A program made the position numbers and the translations under genes. From contig QQRW01000040.1 in NCBI GenBank assembly GCA_003602605.1, forward strand, positions 19,283 through 83,282: a DNA stretch of 64,000 bases, read 5' to 3'. This DNA is from Candidatus Poseidoniales archaeon. GTDB lineage: Archaea; Thermoplasmatota; Poseidoniia; Poseidoniales; Poseidoniaceae. The notes below the pieces were generated by a model. It was not told the DNA's origin and did not search any database. It saw only the letters and a program-made list of their open reading frames with translations. Below are positions 30,901 through 39,706 of the stretch, piece by piece (the first letter of the stretch is position 1; each line of letters opens with the position of its first letter).

Positions 30901-33900
30901 CATGATAATGATCAGTATCGCCTCTCAAAATTGGTGGCAAGTTGATGGGTCTGGCGGCATTGCACAATGGGACACAATTAACAACTCGTGGGGCGACAAT
31001 ATTCTCCCAATTGGGCAAGTAGACCGTGTGACAGCATACCAGTCCTCGACCGGCAACATGTGGGTTGCCTGGGGTGAAAACTCTCTGCAATACATGGCAG
31101 CAGACGGAACTATGCTCGGTGAATGGGATGACGATGACTTCAATTTCCCAATTCGAGAAATCCTTGAATACGACGGGGAAGTTTTGTTCGCTACGGAAGA
31201 TGGTGTTGCCCGGTACAACGAAACAAGCAATCAATGGCTTTCGTTGTGGGAGGAAGGAAACGGGCTCCCGAATAATGCTGGAACCCAAATTTATGAACTT
31301 TGGACTGACGGAACAAATCTTGTTGTTGGTGGCGGAGATGTCAGTGGATTTGGGCAGTTCCAAGGCGGTTCAGTCTCCCATTGGGACGGAAATGTATGGA
31401 CTCAATATTCGCTAGGAAGCAGTGGAACGCCGGGTGGATATCCACTCTCCATGGCTGAATGCGGTGGGTTACTCCACATTGGAATCTACGCCAACAACGG
31501 CGGAGTTGCTCGCTTAGATATGGCAAATGACACCTTCGCAGGTTCGTTCACACGTACGGTCTTAGGAGAAGGTGAGGTTTCAGGAGTCGCATGCGACGCC
31601 ACTGACACGCTCTATGTTGCATTCTACGAAGACGATGCGGACATCATGAAGTACGGATATTCGTCCGGAACTTGGCTGACGCCTATTACTACGGCAACAA
31701 ACAATCTCCCGAGCGATCGAGTTTGGTGGGATGCCATCGACTACGCCAATGGACAACTTGTTTTGGGGCACGGTCTCGGAACCAGCGGGGATAATATCAT
31801 CGGTGGCGGTTACACCACCATTGCTACATCTGGAAATTCAAATGCTCAAGCCAGCGTAAACGGAGCTGGTTCTTCGGTTACATCCTTCCAACGGGTCAGC
31901 AACCAGTGGCTCCTCGGTCAAGCGGGTAGTTCCTCAGGATTCAGTAAAGTGCTTACCATTAGTCCACTTGGCCAAAATACCATTGCTTCACTTCCAGGAT
32001 TAGCCAGTGGGCAAGTCACAACAATGACTGGCAACAGCACTCATTTGTGGGTGGCCACTGCTGGAACAATCGCAACATCCACTGGCTTTGGGCAGCCCAG
32101 CGGTGCTGGACTCCTCCAAGGTGAACGTCAATCGGACGGTTCGATTCTCTGGCAAGATGGATGGATTATGGCGGCAAACAGTAAAGCGCAAGATGTTGAA
32201 CTGATTGGTACAGACTTGTACATTACCACAACTCCAACTGGCCTGTACAAACTGGATACCCTGACTGGAGTAGTTACAAGGCTGAACGGTGGGTTACACA
32301 ATAACCTCGATGGAATGGTTCGAGTTGGAACAACTCTAGTCCTTGGATTGATGGGAAGTGGAGGTTCCGCACCCGGCGTCCAAACCTATGATATTCAAAC
32401 GGGATACGGTAATGGGAAACTCATCGGTGGCCTTCCTTCGAATGCAATAAATAATTTCGTTGCGACTTCAGATGTTCTTTACATCGCCACAAACGGCGGC
32501 ATTGGAAGATGGAATTATGCTGCCTCAGATTGGATGAACCCCCTCACCGCCGCAGATGGTCTTCCTACGAACATCGTTGAAGATGTCTTGGTCGAGGGGG
32601 ACTATCTATGGATGGCAACACCTGCAGGCCTTGCAAGAAGAAACATCTCCTCGAGCAACACAATCGTTTACTCTTCGGCTTCTGGACTCATGGGGACTTC
32701 GACGATGTCACTGACCTCCGCCGTGAACACCATTACCAACAGCGATGGGACCGTGTTCAGTGAAACCACCCTGTTCATCGGACACGACGGGGCCGGTAAT
32801 GAACGGCCAGCTGTAACGACCATTGGATTGACGACTGGCGACATCATAGGTCACGAATTTGACCAACTCCCTTCGAATAATGTCGACGCTTTAACGAGCG
32901 ACTATTGGGGCATACATATAGCGACCGATATAGGTCCCATGGTCCATTGGAACAGCAGTTCCAACTTCTTCGAAAGCGGAATCCCATCGTATCAAATCCT
33001 TGGCTGGCCCGTAGAAAAGATGGTGAGTGATGGTGAACATGTCTTGATCTTTGGCGGGAACGGCGTGTCCATAATTGAAGCCAGGACAGACACCCATCAG
33101 AACATCAAGATGATTTCCATGCCGCAACTCACTGGCGGCACTCTCTCCGCCGATTACATATGGCTGTCAACCGACGGAAACGGATTGTTTGGATACCAAA
33201 ACAATGCTCAGTACTCTGAGGTTGATCGGATTTCAGTTCGATACGCTAACCCTCTGAGTGTAGGATTCAATCTCGCTGCTCAAGACATTACGGACATGAC
33301 CAACCCCGGCATGAACATCACTTTGGCTGACCTCGATTCCACAGTTTCCTTGGATTCAACCCAAGGCGTTGTTGGAACGAATGGAATACTGTTCCAAACC
33401 GTTCCACTGGCGTTCACTTCCCCGGTGAAAAACGCTGCCACTTGGGCTCACTCAAAAAGCCTCAAGTACAACGCAACAATTGAACTCAATAACAATCCAG
33501 ACTTTGAAACAAGCCTCCAGCTAGCAGTCGAAAATGGAGTCATCATTAACGGAACCCAGTTTTTGCAACTGTCGTTGTACTCTCCTTCAAACGGCTCAAT
33601 GCAGGTCAGACTCATCTACGACTATGTTCGTACCGAGACTCCGATCACAATAACCGACCTGATTGACCGACCGGACGACGGTGGTAGTGCATTACTCGCA
33701 AATTGGACGCTCGTTCATGACGAGAATTTTGCGCGTTACCTTGTATATGTCAACGACGGACCATTCGAGACCACGTCTGGACTCTCACTAACAGCAGATG
33801 ACTTGGCGGGACGAACGGTGGATAAAGCCGTCTCTCTCCACAGCAGACTCTCGAGCGAAGTAACAACGGCTAACGGCCAACCGCTTGTAGATGGTGAAGA

Positions 33901-36256
33901 ATACTATGCTGTTGTTGTTGTCGAATACGATGATGGACACCTAGGCACACCTTCTCCTGTAATGGGGCCGGCTTCTCCAAGCAACGAAATTCCACTCTCC
34001 CCGGCATGGGCAAACGCCGGACCTCATGAAGGTGGAGCAGATGGAGACCTGGAAGTTGAATGGGCTCGTTGTACCGCTCTTGACCTCGCAAGCACAATCA
34101 TCTACACCTCCACGAATCCGATGACGGACCTGCTCGGATTACCTGTCGAAGCAGAGATTGCGAAAGAAGAGGGGAACACAACCGTTCTCACACTTGACGC
34201 CGGACAGCCATATTGGCTTGGTTTAACCTGCGCTGATGAATCAGGACAAGAAGATCTGATCAATCCGCTCATCATTGGACCTGTAGTCCCAACAGGTGGC
34301 CTTAACGATAACACAGCTCCTCCGAAAATGACGAATGTCGAAGCGATTGATACGCCGGACGACGACGGTGGCCGAATCTCAGTTACTTGGGATGAAAACC
34401 CTGCTGAAGATTGCACATTCTATGCAGTCTTCATCCGAATATCAACGGGTAACTTCGATGGCGATACTGAGTTATCCGCTTCTGTCGAAGGTGACGAATT
34501 TAGCCAAGCGAAAATCATTGATGATTGTACTGAAACTTCGACCACTGTAACAAGTATTGACGGTGTAGCGCTTCAAGATGGTCAAGCGTATTATGTGGGT
34601 GTCGTCGCCTATGACGACTGGCTTAACGCAAACCTTGCAGATGTCGACCTGGTCAAGGTTACACCGTTGCGTAACACTGCAGGAAGCGGATCCATACCCG
34701 ACAGAGTCGGAACTGTGAACGCATTTGATCATCCAGATGATGACGGAACGGCAATTGACGTCATATGGTCGATTTCCGATGCCGATGACTTCTCACATTA
34801 CATCGTCTGGGCGGCAGACAAACCTCTTACCGACCTTTCGATAGCATGGGCTGCCTTTGGTGATGATGAAACAAAGTGCGCCTGTTTGAAGATTAACAAA
34901 CAATGGATTGACGAAGACTACAACCCGATTGAACTCTCGATCTCGACTGCATTGTATGGCGGCAATTCCATCGTTGACGCCACCCCTCAAATTATCAAAC
35001 CTGATGTGGAACTGTATGTTGTTGTGACCGTACATGACCTTGCTGGAAATGTTCATCTCACCGAACTTCCGCAAGCTACGGTCGTTCCAATCAATAACCT
35101 GCAAGATGTAACTGCACCCGCAGCACTTGAGACGCTGGAACTTTACGACCGTCCGAACGATGGCGGTGGAGCACTGCTTCTTGACTTCGAACTGAGCAAT
35201 GAGAGCGATGTGGCCAACTACGAAGTCTACGCTGCTACATGGTCATTTGACGCCGTTGGAATTGGAAGCACAGGCCCTGCAACGCCAATTGCCATCCTCT
35301 CCAGACTACCTGAATTGCCACTCACCATCGAAGTGGTCGCCGGCGATACTCCCGTGATCGCAGGCCAAGAAATTTGGGCTGTTGTTGTTGTAAGAGACAC
35401 TGCTGGAAACGCTCAGGAAATCAACCTCGTAAGTGCATCAGCCCAATCGGTCGATGATGGTGTAGATGACCTCGGAGGGTATTTGGAAGAAATCGAAGAC
35501 ATTTCACTCACATGGAACGATGAAAACAATATTCTGGTTGAATGGACACATTCAGCTGAATCATCCGTTCGCGGTTACCGCATTTACATCTCAAATGTGG
35601 ACTTCCAAACCATCGGAGACGGTGATTTTGTTGCTGAAGTCAAAGCTTCAAACTCGTTCCTTATCACGACAGGAAATTACCAACCTCTGAAGAACAGTTC
35701 TGCTTGGTATGTTGCAGTAACGCCTTTTGATGACCTGTTTGAACGAGAAGAAGTGAAGACTGTCATGCTCGATGTTTACGGCAAAGATTCCCAAGGCAAT
35801 GACGGACAAGATTCCACCGACGAGAACGACTTCTCATCACTCCTTACCACGCCCAACCTATTGGCTGCAGGATTGTTAGTCGTCGCTCTTCTCCTGCTTG
35901 TAGCAATTGTCCGCTCTCGAAGTGGACAAAAGAACCGTAATCGAAGCCTCGAGTTACAAGAAGCAACTTGGGGCATCCAAAACGATGATTGGGACACATT
36001 TGGATCCCCAGTTGCAGCACCTCCAATGCCGATTGCCCCAGCTCCGAGTGTAACTCAAGGACAAGCAAACGATATCTATGCTGCAGCCCAGAGAATTGAA
36101 AACCAAGATCTCTATGGACGACCGGTATACCAAGCACCACAACCGGTCATGCGCACTGCACAGAACAACGCACTACTGAATGACCTCGCTGAACCGAATG
36201 CGCCGAAACTGCCTCAAGCAAGCATTGATACCTCATTCTTGGATGATTTACTTTGA
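27917..36256 (+). CDS. Giant (2779 aa) type-I anchored surface protein: signal peptide, long beta-propeller repeat region, four D-x-P-[DN]-D-G-G modules, FN3-like module, TM helix, 113-aa cytoplasmic tail
   Basis: Signal AVLLVILMLLSSAAPILSFTGVSA. Many Reg_prop-like repeats (GVARWDLSSG..., GLARYDWNSGFW..., GIARYDMPNNAW..., GVARYNETSNQW..., GIGRWNYAASDW...). Modules start near nt 33665, 34349, 34727 and 35147. TM LLAAGLLVVALLLLVAIV. Confidence 0.8.
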   Translation: MRSTVSAKYPQRDARRAVLLVILMLLSSAAPILSFTGVSAHESSTDTVWPQEGSNDTGWVQLDATGATPGSPTQASASWTLEFAPGAELSNVSFQVRVNGSDGLMIEEPMLVASDIGVNLLDWRGLGMLGSQDSFTGPNPYSGRMNPNSDSGATWILPSDAEITDLVIEALAPVDPIVALSPLELNIAATAFHPLDGRMYMAIDNTLMTLDYSNDPITIDIIETNSNIFDIVIDTTNNLLHLLTEDGFSAYSLEDTSEQNGLTAPAFWPESSSEPTYDVFHLASNGFVYAAYDGGIAQWDGSNWSFPVTKLTSGRALDIVEANGVLYVSFDDEGVARWDLSSGSALSTWSTANSLHSDEIVEMMISGNQILFASPDSGLARYDWNSGFWLSTWTDGNWLTSNSINGIARSGSDLFILSGDTLHIYDTTSGVFTSSQVISNFGLTGDGSDLIVWPANGARSPASERLLLGNGFGSFAELSPSPTLTQTGTLLIGSGPTSSGMQDATELGGVVFVAADEWMNRFDTQASRWLQPVYLGTTVNQLMNDGSHVFIASESGLHKMHSNGSLLQTWNATNTDLDQDEVLRVDSDGTHAVAITGEGEMLVVELNGANPPSVEQYDSAAVDLTLFSNTVHLATDNSGILRYELTNESWLTPWISTGVNGADDVPVAVNGDILYFGIPGYGVARKDLATDELMSPLTTPSNSPGQSNQNGVLPSNIIYSLESDGNDLYIGTANGAIVWDGSTSSTFKTGGQWNTRPQRYYDFTATGGNVYAGTNIGVCKWPASQIATANPDCLNVYDGMPNWATYSVESDSYGYIYGGTTSGVGIISASPYDVIGEWEAGEQTQNAPVVVIGDVAFIALDGIGIARYDMPNNAWLTLWTDDNYLDDGNEDATSLSVDIDPNLIWIGGSDGFQLLNATTGAEVYDIEKSSSLFAGNGDPLDMILKGDTMYYHDGTSSDNLYRFNAQNFTALSPLDVGAQVGQNNGDINGMNLVGDMIMISIASQNWWQVDGSGGIAQWDTINNSWGDNILPIGQVDRVTAYQSSTGNMWVAWGENSLQYMAADGTMLGEWDDDDFNFPIREILEYDGEVLFATEDGVARYNETSNQWLSLWEEGNGLPNNAGTQIYELWTDGTNLVVGGGDVSGFGQFQGGSVSHWDGNVWTQYSLGSSGTPGGYPLSMAECGGLLHIGIYANNGGVARLDMANDTFAGSFTRTVLGEGEVSGVACDATDTLYVAFYEDDADIMKYGYSSGTWLTPITTATNNLPSDRVWWDAIDYANGQLVLGHGLGTSGDNIIGGGYTTIATSGNSNAQASVNGAGSSVTSFQRVSNQWLLGQAGSSSGFSKVLTISPLGQNTIASLPGLASGQVTTMTGNSTHLWVATAGTIATSTGFGQPSGAGLLQGERQSDGSILWQDGWIMAANSKAQDVELIGTDLYITTTPTGLYKLDTLTGVVTRLNGGLHNNLDGMVRVGTTLVLGLMGSGGSAPGVQTYDIQTGYGNGKLIGGLPSNAINNFVATSDVLYIATNGGIGRWNYAASDWMNPLTAADGLPTNIVEDVLVEGDYLWMATPAGLARRNISSSNTIVYSSASGLMGTSTMSLTSAVNTITNSDGTVFSETTLFIGHDGAGNERPAVTTIGLTTGDIIGHEFDQLPSNNVDALTSDYWGIHIATDIGPMVHWNSSSNFFESGIPSYQILGWPVEKMVSDGEHVLIFGGNGVSIIEARTDTHQNIKMISMPQLTGGTLSADYIWLSTDGNGLFGYQNNAQYSEVDRISVRYANPLSVGFNLAAQDITDMTNPGMNITLADLDSTVSLDSTQGVVGTNGILFQTVPLAFTSPVKNAATWAHSKSLKYNATIELNNNPDFETSLQLAVENGVIINGTQFLQLSLYSPSNGSMQVRLIYDYVRTETPITITDLIDRPDDGGSALLANWTLVHDENFARYLVYVNDGPFETTSGLSLTADDLAGRTVDKAVSLHSRLSSEVTTANGQPLVDGEEYYAVVVVEYDDGHLGTPSPVMGPASPSNEIPLSPAWANAGPHEGGADGDLEVEWARCTALDLASTIIYTSTNPMTDLLGLPVEAEIAKEEGNTTVLTLDAGQPYWLGLTCADESGQEDLINPLIIGPVVPTGGLNDNTAPPKMTNVEAIDTPDDDGGRISVTWDENPAEDCTFYAVFIRISTGNFDGDTELSASVEGDEFSQAKIIDDCTETSTTVTSIDGVALQDGQAYYVGVVAYDDWLNANLADVDLVKVTPLRNTAGSGSIPDRVGTVNAFDHPDDDGTAIDVIWSISDADDFSHYIVWAADKPLTDLSIAWAAFGDDETKCACLKINKQWIDEDYNPIELSISTALYGGNSIVDATPQIIKPDVELYVVVTVHDLAGNVHLTELPQATVVPINNLQDVTAPAALETLELYDRPNDGGGALLLDFELSNESDVANYEVYAATWSFDAVGIGSTGPATPIAILSRLPELPLTIEVVAGDTPVIAGQEIWAVVVVRDTAGNAQEINLVSASAQSVDDGVDDLGGYLEEIEDISLTWNDENNILVEWTHSAESSVRGYRIYISNVDFQTIGDGDFVAEVKASNSFLITTGNYQPLKNSSAWYVAVTPFDDLFEREEVKTVMLDVYGKDSQGNDGQDSTDENDFSSLLTTPNLLAAGLLVVALLLLVAIVRSRSGQKNRNRSLELQEATWGIQNDDWDTFGSPVAAPPMPIAPAPSVTQGQANDIYAAAQRIENQDLYGRPVYQAPQPVMRTAQNNALLNDLAEPNAPKLPQASIDTSFLDDLL

Positions 36257-36265
36257 GGCGTGCCA

Positions 36266-37054
36266 ATGAGTCTGGAACGATTGAATGGCCCACGCAGCGA
36301 GGTTTTTACAACCGCATTGTGGGATGGAGCGTTTGCAATTGCAGACTGGCCTCTTCATTTGAAGCGACTTTCCGAACATGCAAAATTACTGCGTATCCAA
36401 CTGCCAGAAAACCTATCAGAACGGATGGAAGCTCTTCTAAAGCAGGAGATTGCATCGAAACTGACGACTGCAAACCGAAATCCAGGACTGTTGCTGAAAT
36501 TAAAATGCTCCAAAAGTGGCGACATAAGTGTCGATTCTCGCACCATTGATTTCCGCAACGAAGACGTCGATGCCATTACCATCGAAGCGCCACGCTGGTC
36601 AGCAAAGGTGAACGGCACGAAGCATGGGGATTGGCAAGCGTATGTTGATGCTCGAAGCAGTGCTGAAAAAAAAGGCGTAGATGTCGCTCTTTTGGTACAC
36701 GATTATGCCATCGTCGATGCTGATCGTGCATTACCGGTCGTTCTCGATGAAGACGGCGTTGCATGGGTAGCGGCCCACAATGAAGGCGGTGTCAAAAGCA
36801 TCACGTTTGAGATATTGTCGAATAAATTGCAAGACGCAGGCATACCCATTCAATATGGAAGACTCAATGAAAGGCTCGTGGCCCGTGCTGCCGAAATCAT
36901 AACTTTGGGAAGCGGAACTGGAGCTTGCAGAATACTTTCTCTTGATGATGAGCCAGTGGGCTCTGGAGACATGCTCTCATCACTTTGCCAAACCCTTCTG
37001 CAACAGCACTATCAAAACAACGAGACATGGACTGATGTGAGGTTATTCAAATGA
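36266..37054 (+). CDS. Class-IV aminotransferase-fold protein, aminodeoxychorismate lyase (PabC)-like
   Basis: Size, N-terminal pattern (..FTTALWDGAFAIADWPLHLKRLSEHAKLL) and ATGA overlap with the downstream PabB-PabA gene. Assignment rests partly on context. Confidence 0.5.
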   Translation: MSLERLNGPRSEVFTTALWDGAFAIADWPLHLKRLSEHAKLLRIQLPENLSERMEALLKQEIASKLTTANRNPGLLLKLKCSKSGDISVDSRTIDFRNEDVDAITIEAPRWSAKVNGTKHGDWQAYVDARSSAEKKGVDVALLVHDYAIVDADRALPVVLDEDGVAWVAAHNEGGVKSITFEILSNKLQDAGIPIQYGRLNERLVARAAEIITLGSGTGACRILSLDDEPVGSGDMLSSLCQTLLQQHYQNNETWTDVRLFK

Positions 37055-39282
37055 GTCTTGAAATCTTAGCACTGCAAAGTCATTTGCTAGAGGTTGGGTT
37101 GTTGGGCACAAAAGCGGTCCACTACGGTGGAGCAGATGAAGTGCTGTTGTGCTCATCAGGGCCACACTCGCATCTTGCAGAATATTCGATTTTATGCGGA
37201 CCATCGCGTCGACGCGTCTTGGTTCGTCAACCGGAAAATATGGGTGCAGTCCAACCGCATAGCCCACTGCGTGGCGAAATATTCCTGCACCAAGAAAAGA
37301 AGACATTCACTGCACAAGTCGAAGAATGGAAGCATGGATGTTGGTATCATTCGACATCCATCTTTGCATCCGGTTTGGATGAATTAATGGAGAAATTACG
37401 AGACTTAACTCCGAATGAGCCTTTCGCCCAATCTCCCCAATCAAAACTCCCTCAAGGGCCGTTTTGGAGCGGCTCATTCGCATACGATATGGTTCAGTGG
37501 ACGCAACCACTGCGTTTACAGCATCAAGCCGAAGGTGGTGAACTTCTAGCCATCTTGTGGCTGGTTGAACGGATGGTTGTGCAAAATCGAGACGACGAGA
37601 CGATGAAGGTTTATGCTCTTGAAAACGATACTTGGGCTGATGAAATTAATTTGAATCTCGAAAACTACCCGATATTGAGAACACTGGGGCCGCCACATCT
37701 GTCTCAAGATACGAGTTCGTTAACCGACGAAAACCATGAACGCATTATCGATAACATCCGTGAAAGTATTCGGGACGGGCAGATGTATCAAGTCAATGTT
37801 GGACGATGGTGGGACGGGAAGTTAAACGAACATCCAAGACATATATTCCAAAGGCTCAGTGACAAAAATCCTGCCCCGTTTTCGGCTTTTATACTCGCTC
37901 CGGACCTCGGTTTTTCACTTGTGTGTTCTTCGCCCGAATCGCTGATTCGATGCGATGGCTCAAAGGTATTCACTGCCCCGATTAAAGGAACTCGACCACG
38001 TGGTGAAGATGAAGAAAGTGAACAACTGCTCCGAGATGAAATGGTTCGCGACGAAAAAGAGCGTGCTGAACACCGTATGCTGGTTGACTTAATGAGAAAT
38101 GATATCGCTACAGTGTCCAAAGTTGGAAGCATACAAGTCGAACGTTTTGATGTTGAAGCATACACACATGTACAGCACCTCGTGACCCACCTTTCAGGAG
38201 AATTAGAAGATGGAAAGAACGGCCTTGATGCAGTTCAGAGTGTATTTCCTGGTGGGAGCATTACTGGTTGCCCACGCACAGTCGTATGTGCTGCTATCGA
38301 CGAGATCGAGCAACGTTCTCGCTCATTTTGGACCGGCTCTATTGGTTGGATAGATGTGCATTCTGGAGCATGTTCACTGAACATTGCCATTCGTACTTTA
38401 ATTGCTAAAAAGCAACGCAAACAGTGGCTCGGAAGCATTGCGGCAGGTGGAGGTATTACCATCGGCTCTGACCCAAAAACAGAAGTTGAGGAAGCAAAAT
38501 GGAAAGCTGCAGCACTTCGTGAAGCATGCGGATGGATAAAACGTGAACAATCTTCGTTACCTGTAGGAAAACTAGCAACACACCCATTGCGTATCGAATC
38601 ACCACCTAAAACGATACGTGCGGGGAAAGTGGAAGTTATTGATGGGAAAGCGGACTGTTCCAATGGGATTCTTCTCATCGATAATCTCGACTCGTTCACA
38701 TTGAACATTGCACACGCAGTGTCAGGGCTAGGCCGAAATGTTGGTGTCCTCAAATCGAGAGACAGCCAAATAAATTCGGATTGGAGTACTGAAGATGTTA
38801 AACAACTCATTGAACGCATGAATCCTACACACATTATCCTTGGACCGGGCCCTGGCAAACCCACCGACTCACCACTAACCATGGCCATTGCGTCGGCAGC
38901 TCTCTCCGGGGACATATCCGTCCCCTTACTCGGTATTTGCTTGGGCCATCAAGCCATAGGAATGGCTGCAGGCATGGAAGTTCTACGCTCCGAAAACGGG
39001 CCTGTTCACGGCTCACCTCGCCAATGTGTACATGACGGAGTAGGAGTGTTTTCAGGCATTGAATCCCCAACACCTTTCACGCGCTATAATTCTCTGTGTG
39101 TAGTGCAATCTCGCCCAAATCCACTTGTTGAAACAGCAGTAGAAGCTGGCAGTCAGATGATTATGGGATTGCATCATCGGACATTACCAATTCACAGTGT
39201 CCAATTCCACCCTGAATCTGTTGGCTCCCGTCACGGTTTACAATTGCTGCAAAATTTCCTCTCGATTGAAGCGGATGCTTGA
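37051..39282 (+). CDS. pabBA: Aminodeoxychorismate synthase, fused component I (PabB, N-terminal) and glutamine amidotransferase (PabA, C-terminal)
   Basis: Chorismate-binding motifs MYQVNVGR, SSPESLIRCDG, PIKGTRPRG, DLMRND, FPGGSITGCP. GATase from about nt 38690: LLIDNLDSFT, GICLGHQAIG, HSVQFHPES. Confidence 0.85.
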   Translation: MSLEILALQSHLLEVGLLGTKAVHYGGADEVLLCSSGPHSHLAEYSILCGPSRRRVLVRQPENMGAVQPHSPLRGEIFLHQEKKTFTAQVEEWKHGCWYHSTSIFASGLDELMEKLRDLTPNEPFAQSPQSKLPQGPFWSGSFAYDMVQWTQPLRLQHQAEGGELLAILWLVERMVVQNRDDETMKVYALENDTWADEINLNLENYPILRTLGPPHLSQDTSSLTDENHERIIDNIRESIRDGQMYQVNVGRWWDGKLNEHPRHIFQRLSDKNPAPFSAFILAPDLGFSLVCSSPESLIRCDGSKVFTAPIKGTRPRGEDEESEQLLRDEMVRDEKERAEHRMLVDLMRNDIATVSKVGSIQVERFDVEAYTHVQHLVTHLSGELEDGKNGLDAVQSVFPGGSITGCPRTVVCAAIDEIEQRSRSFWTGSIGWIDVHSGACSLNIAIRTLIAKKQRKQWLGSIAAGGGITIGSDPKTEVEEAKWKAAALREACGWIKREQSSLPVGKLATHPLRIESPPKTIRAGKVEVIDGKADCSNGILLIDNLDSFTLNIAHAVSGLGRNVGVLKSRDSQINSDWSTEDVKQLIERMNPTHIILGPGPGKPTDSPLTMAIASAALSGDISVPLLGICLGHQAIGMAAGMEVLRSENGPVHGSPRQCVHDGVGVFSGIESPTPFTRYNSLCVVQSRPNPLVETAVEAGSQMIMGLHHRTLPIHSVQFHPESVGSRHGLQLLQNFLSIEADA

Positions 39283-39319
39283 AGAATCGGGAGCGATTGG
39301 AGAGTTATGAGGGAGTATC

Positions 39320-39706
39320 ATGCCGACCTGCCGACATTGTTCAAGCACCTATTCTCGAGAGCAGTTCATCCATGGAAATGGACCGAACGCACAGGTTTGT
39401 GTCCGATGCGGCCTTGAAAAAGGGCTGATTACGAAAGATCAAGCCTCAAACATGTACGACGACTCTCTGCGCAGTTCTCGGCTCCAAGTAATGGCAAGGA
39501 GATACAGTGTTTTCATGTACATCCCACTCCTATGGACGCTATGGATCATGGTTCTCAGCGATGTCAGTCCGTGGGGATGGTATTTCCTTGGATTGCTGAT
39601 CGTATTGACTCTCCTCGCACCGGTTTGGTTTATCTACCGCGGTGGCCAATATTCGGGGGATATGGCTCGACTCACTCCAGCGTATGAACGCCCTAAGGGC
39701 CACTGA
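39320..39706 (+). CDS. Zinc-ribbon membrane protein
   Basis: CRHC...x19...CVRC followed by two TM helices. GAGGGA lies 6-11 nt upstream of the ATG. Confidence 0.45.
   Translation: MPTCRHCSSTYSREQFIHGNGPNAQVCVRCGLEKGLITKDQASNMYDDSLRSSRLQVMARRYSVFMYIPLLWTLWIMVLSDVSPWGWYFLGLLIVLTLLAPVWFIYRGGQYSGDMARLTPAYERPKGH

Noticed and set aside
30710-31363. 217-aa minus-strand ORF, plus several 60-100-aa ORFs inside 27917-36256
   Set aside because: They are antisense or out of frame within the giant surface-protein gene, which is continuous and repeat-structured in its own frame.
38235-38915. 226-aa minus-strand ORF
   Set aside because: It lies entirely inside the motif-rich PabB-PabA gene on the opposite strand.
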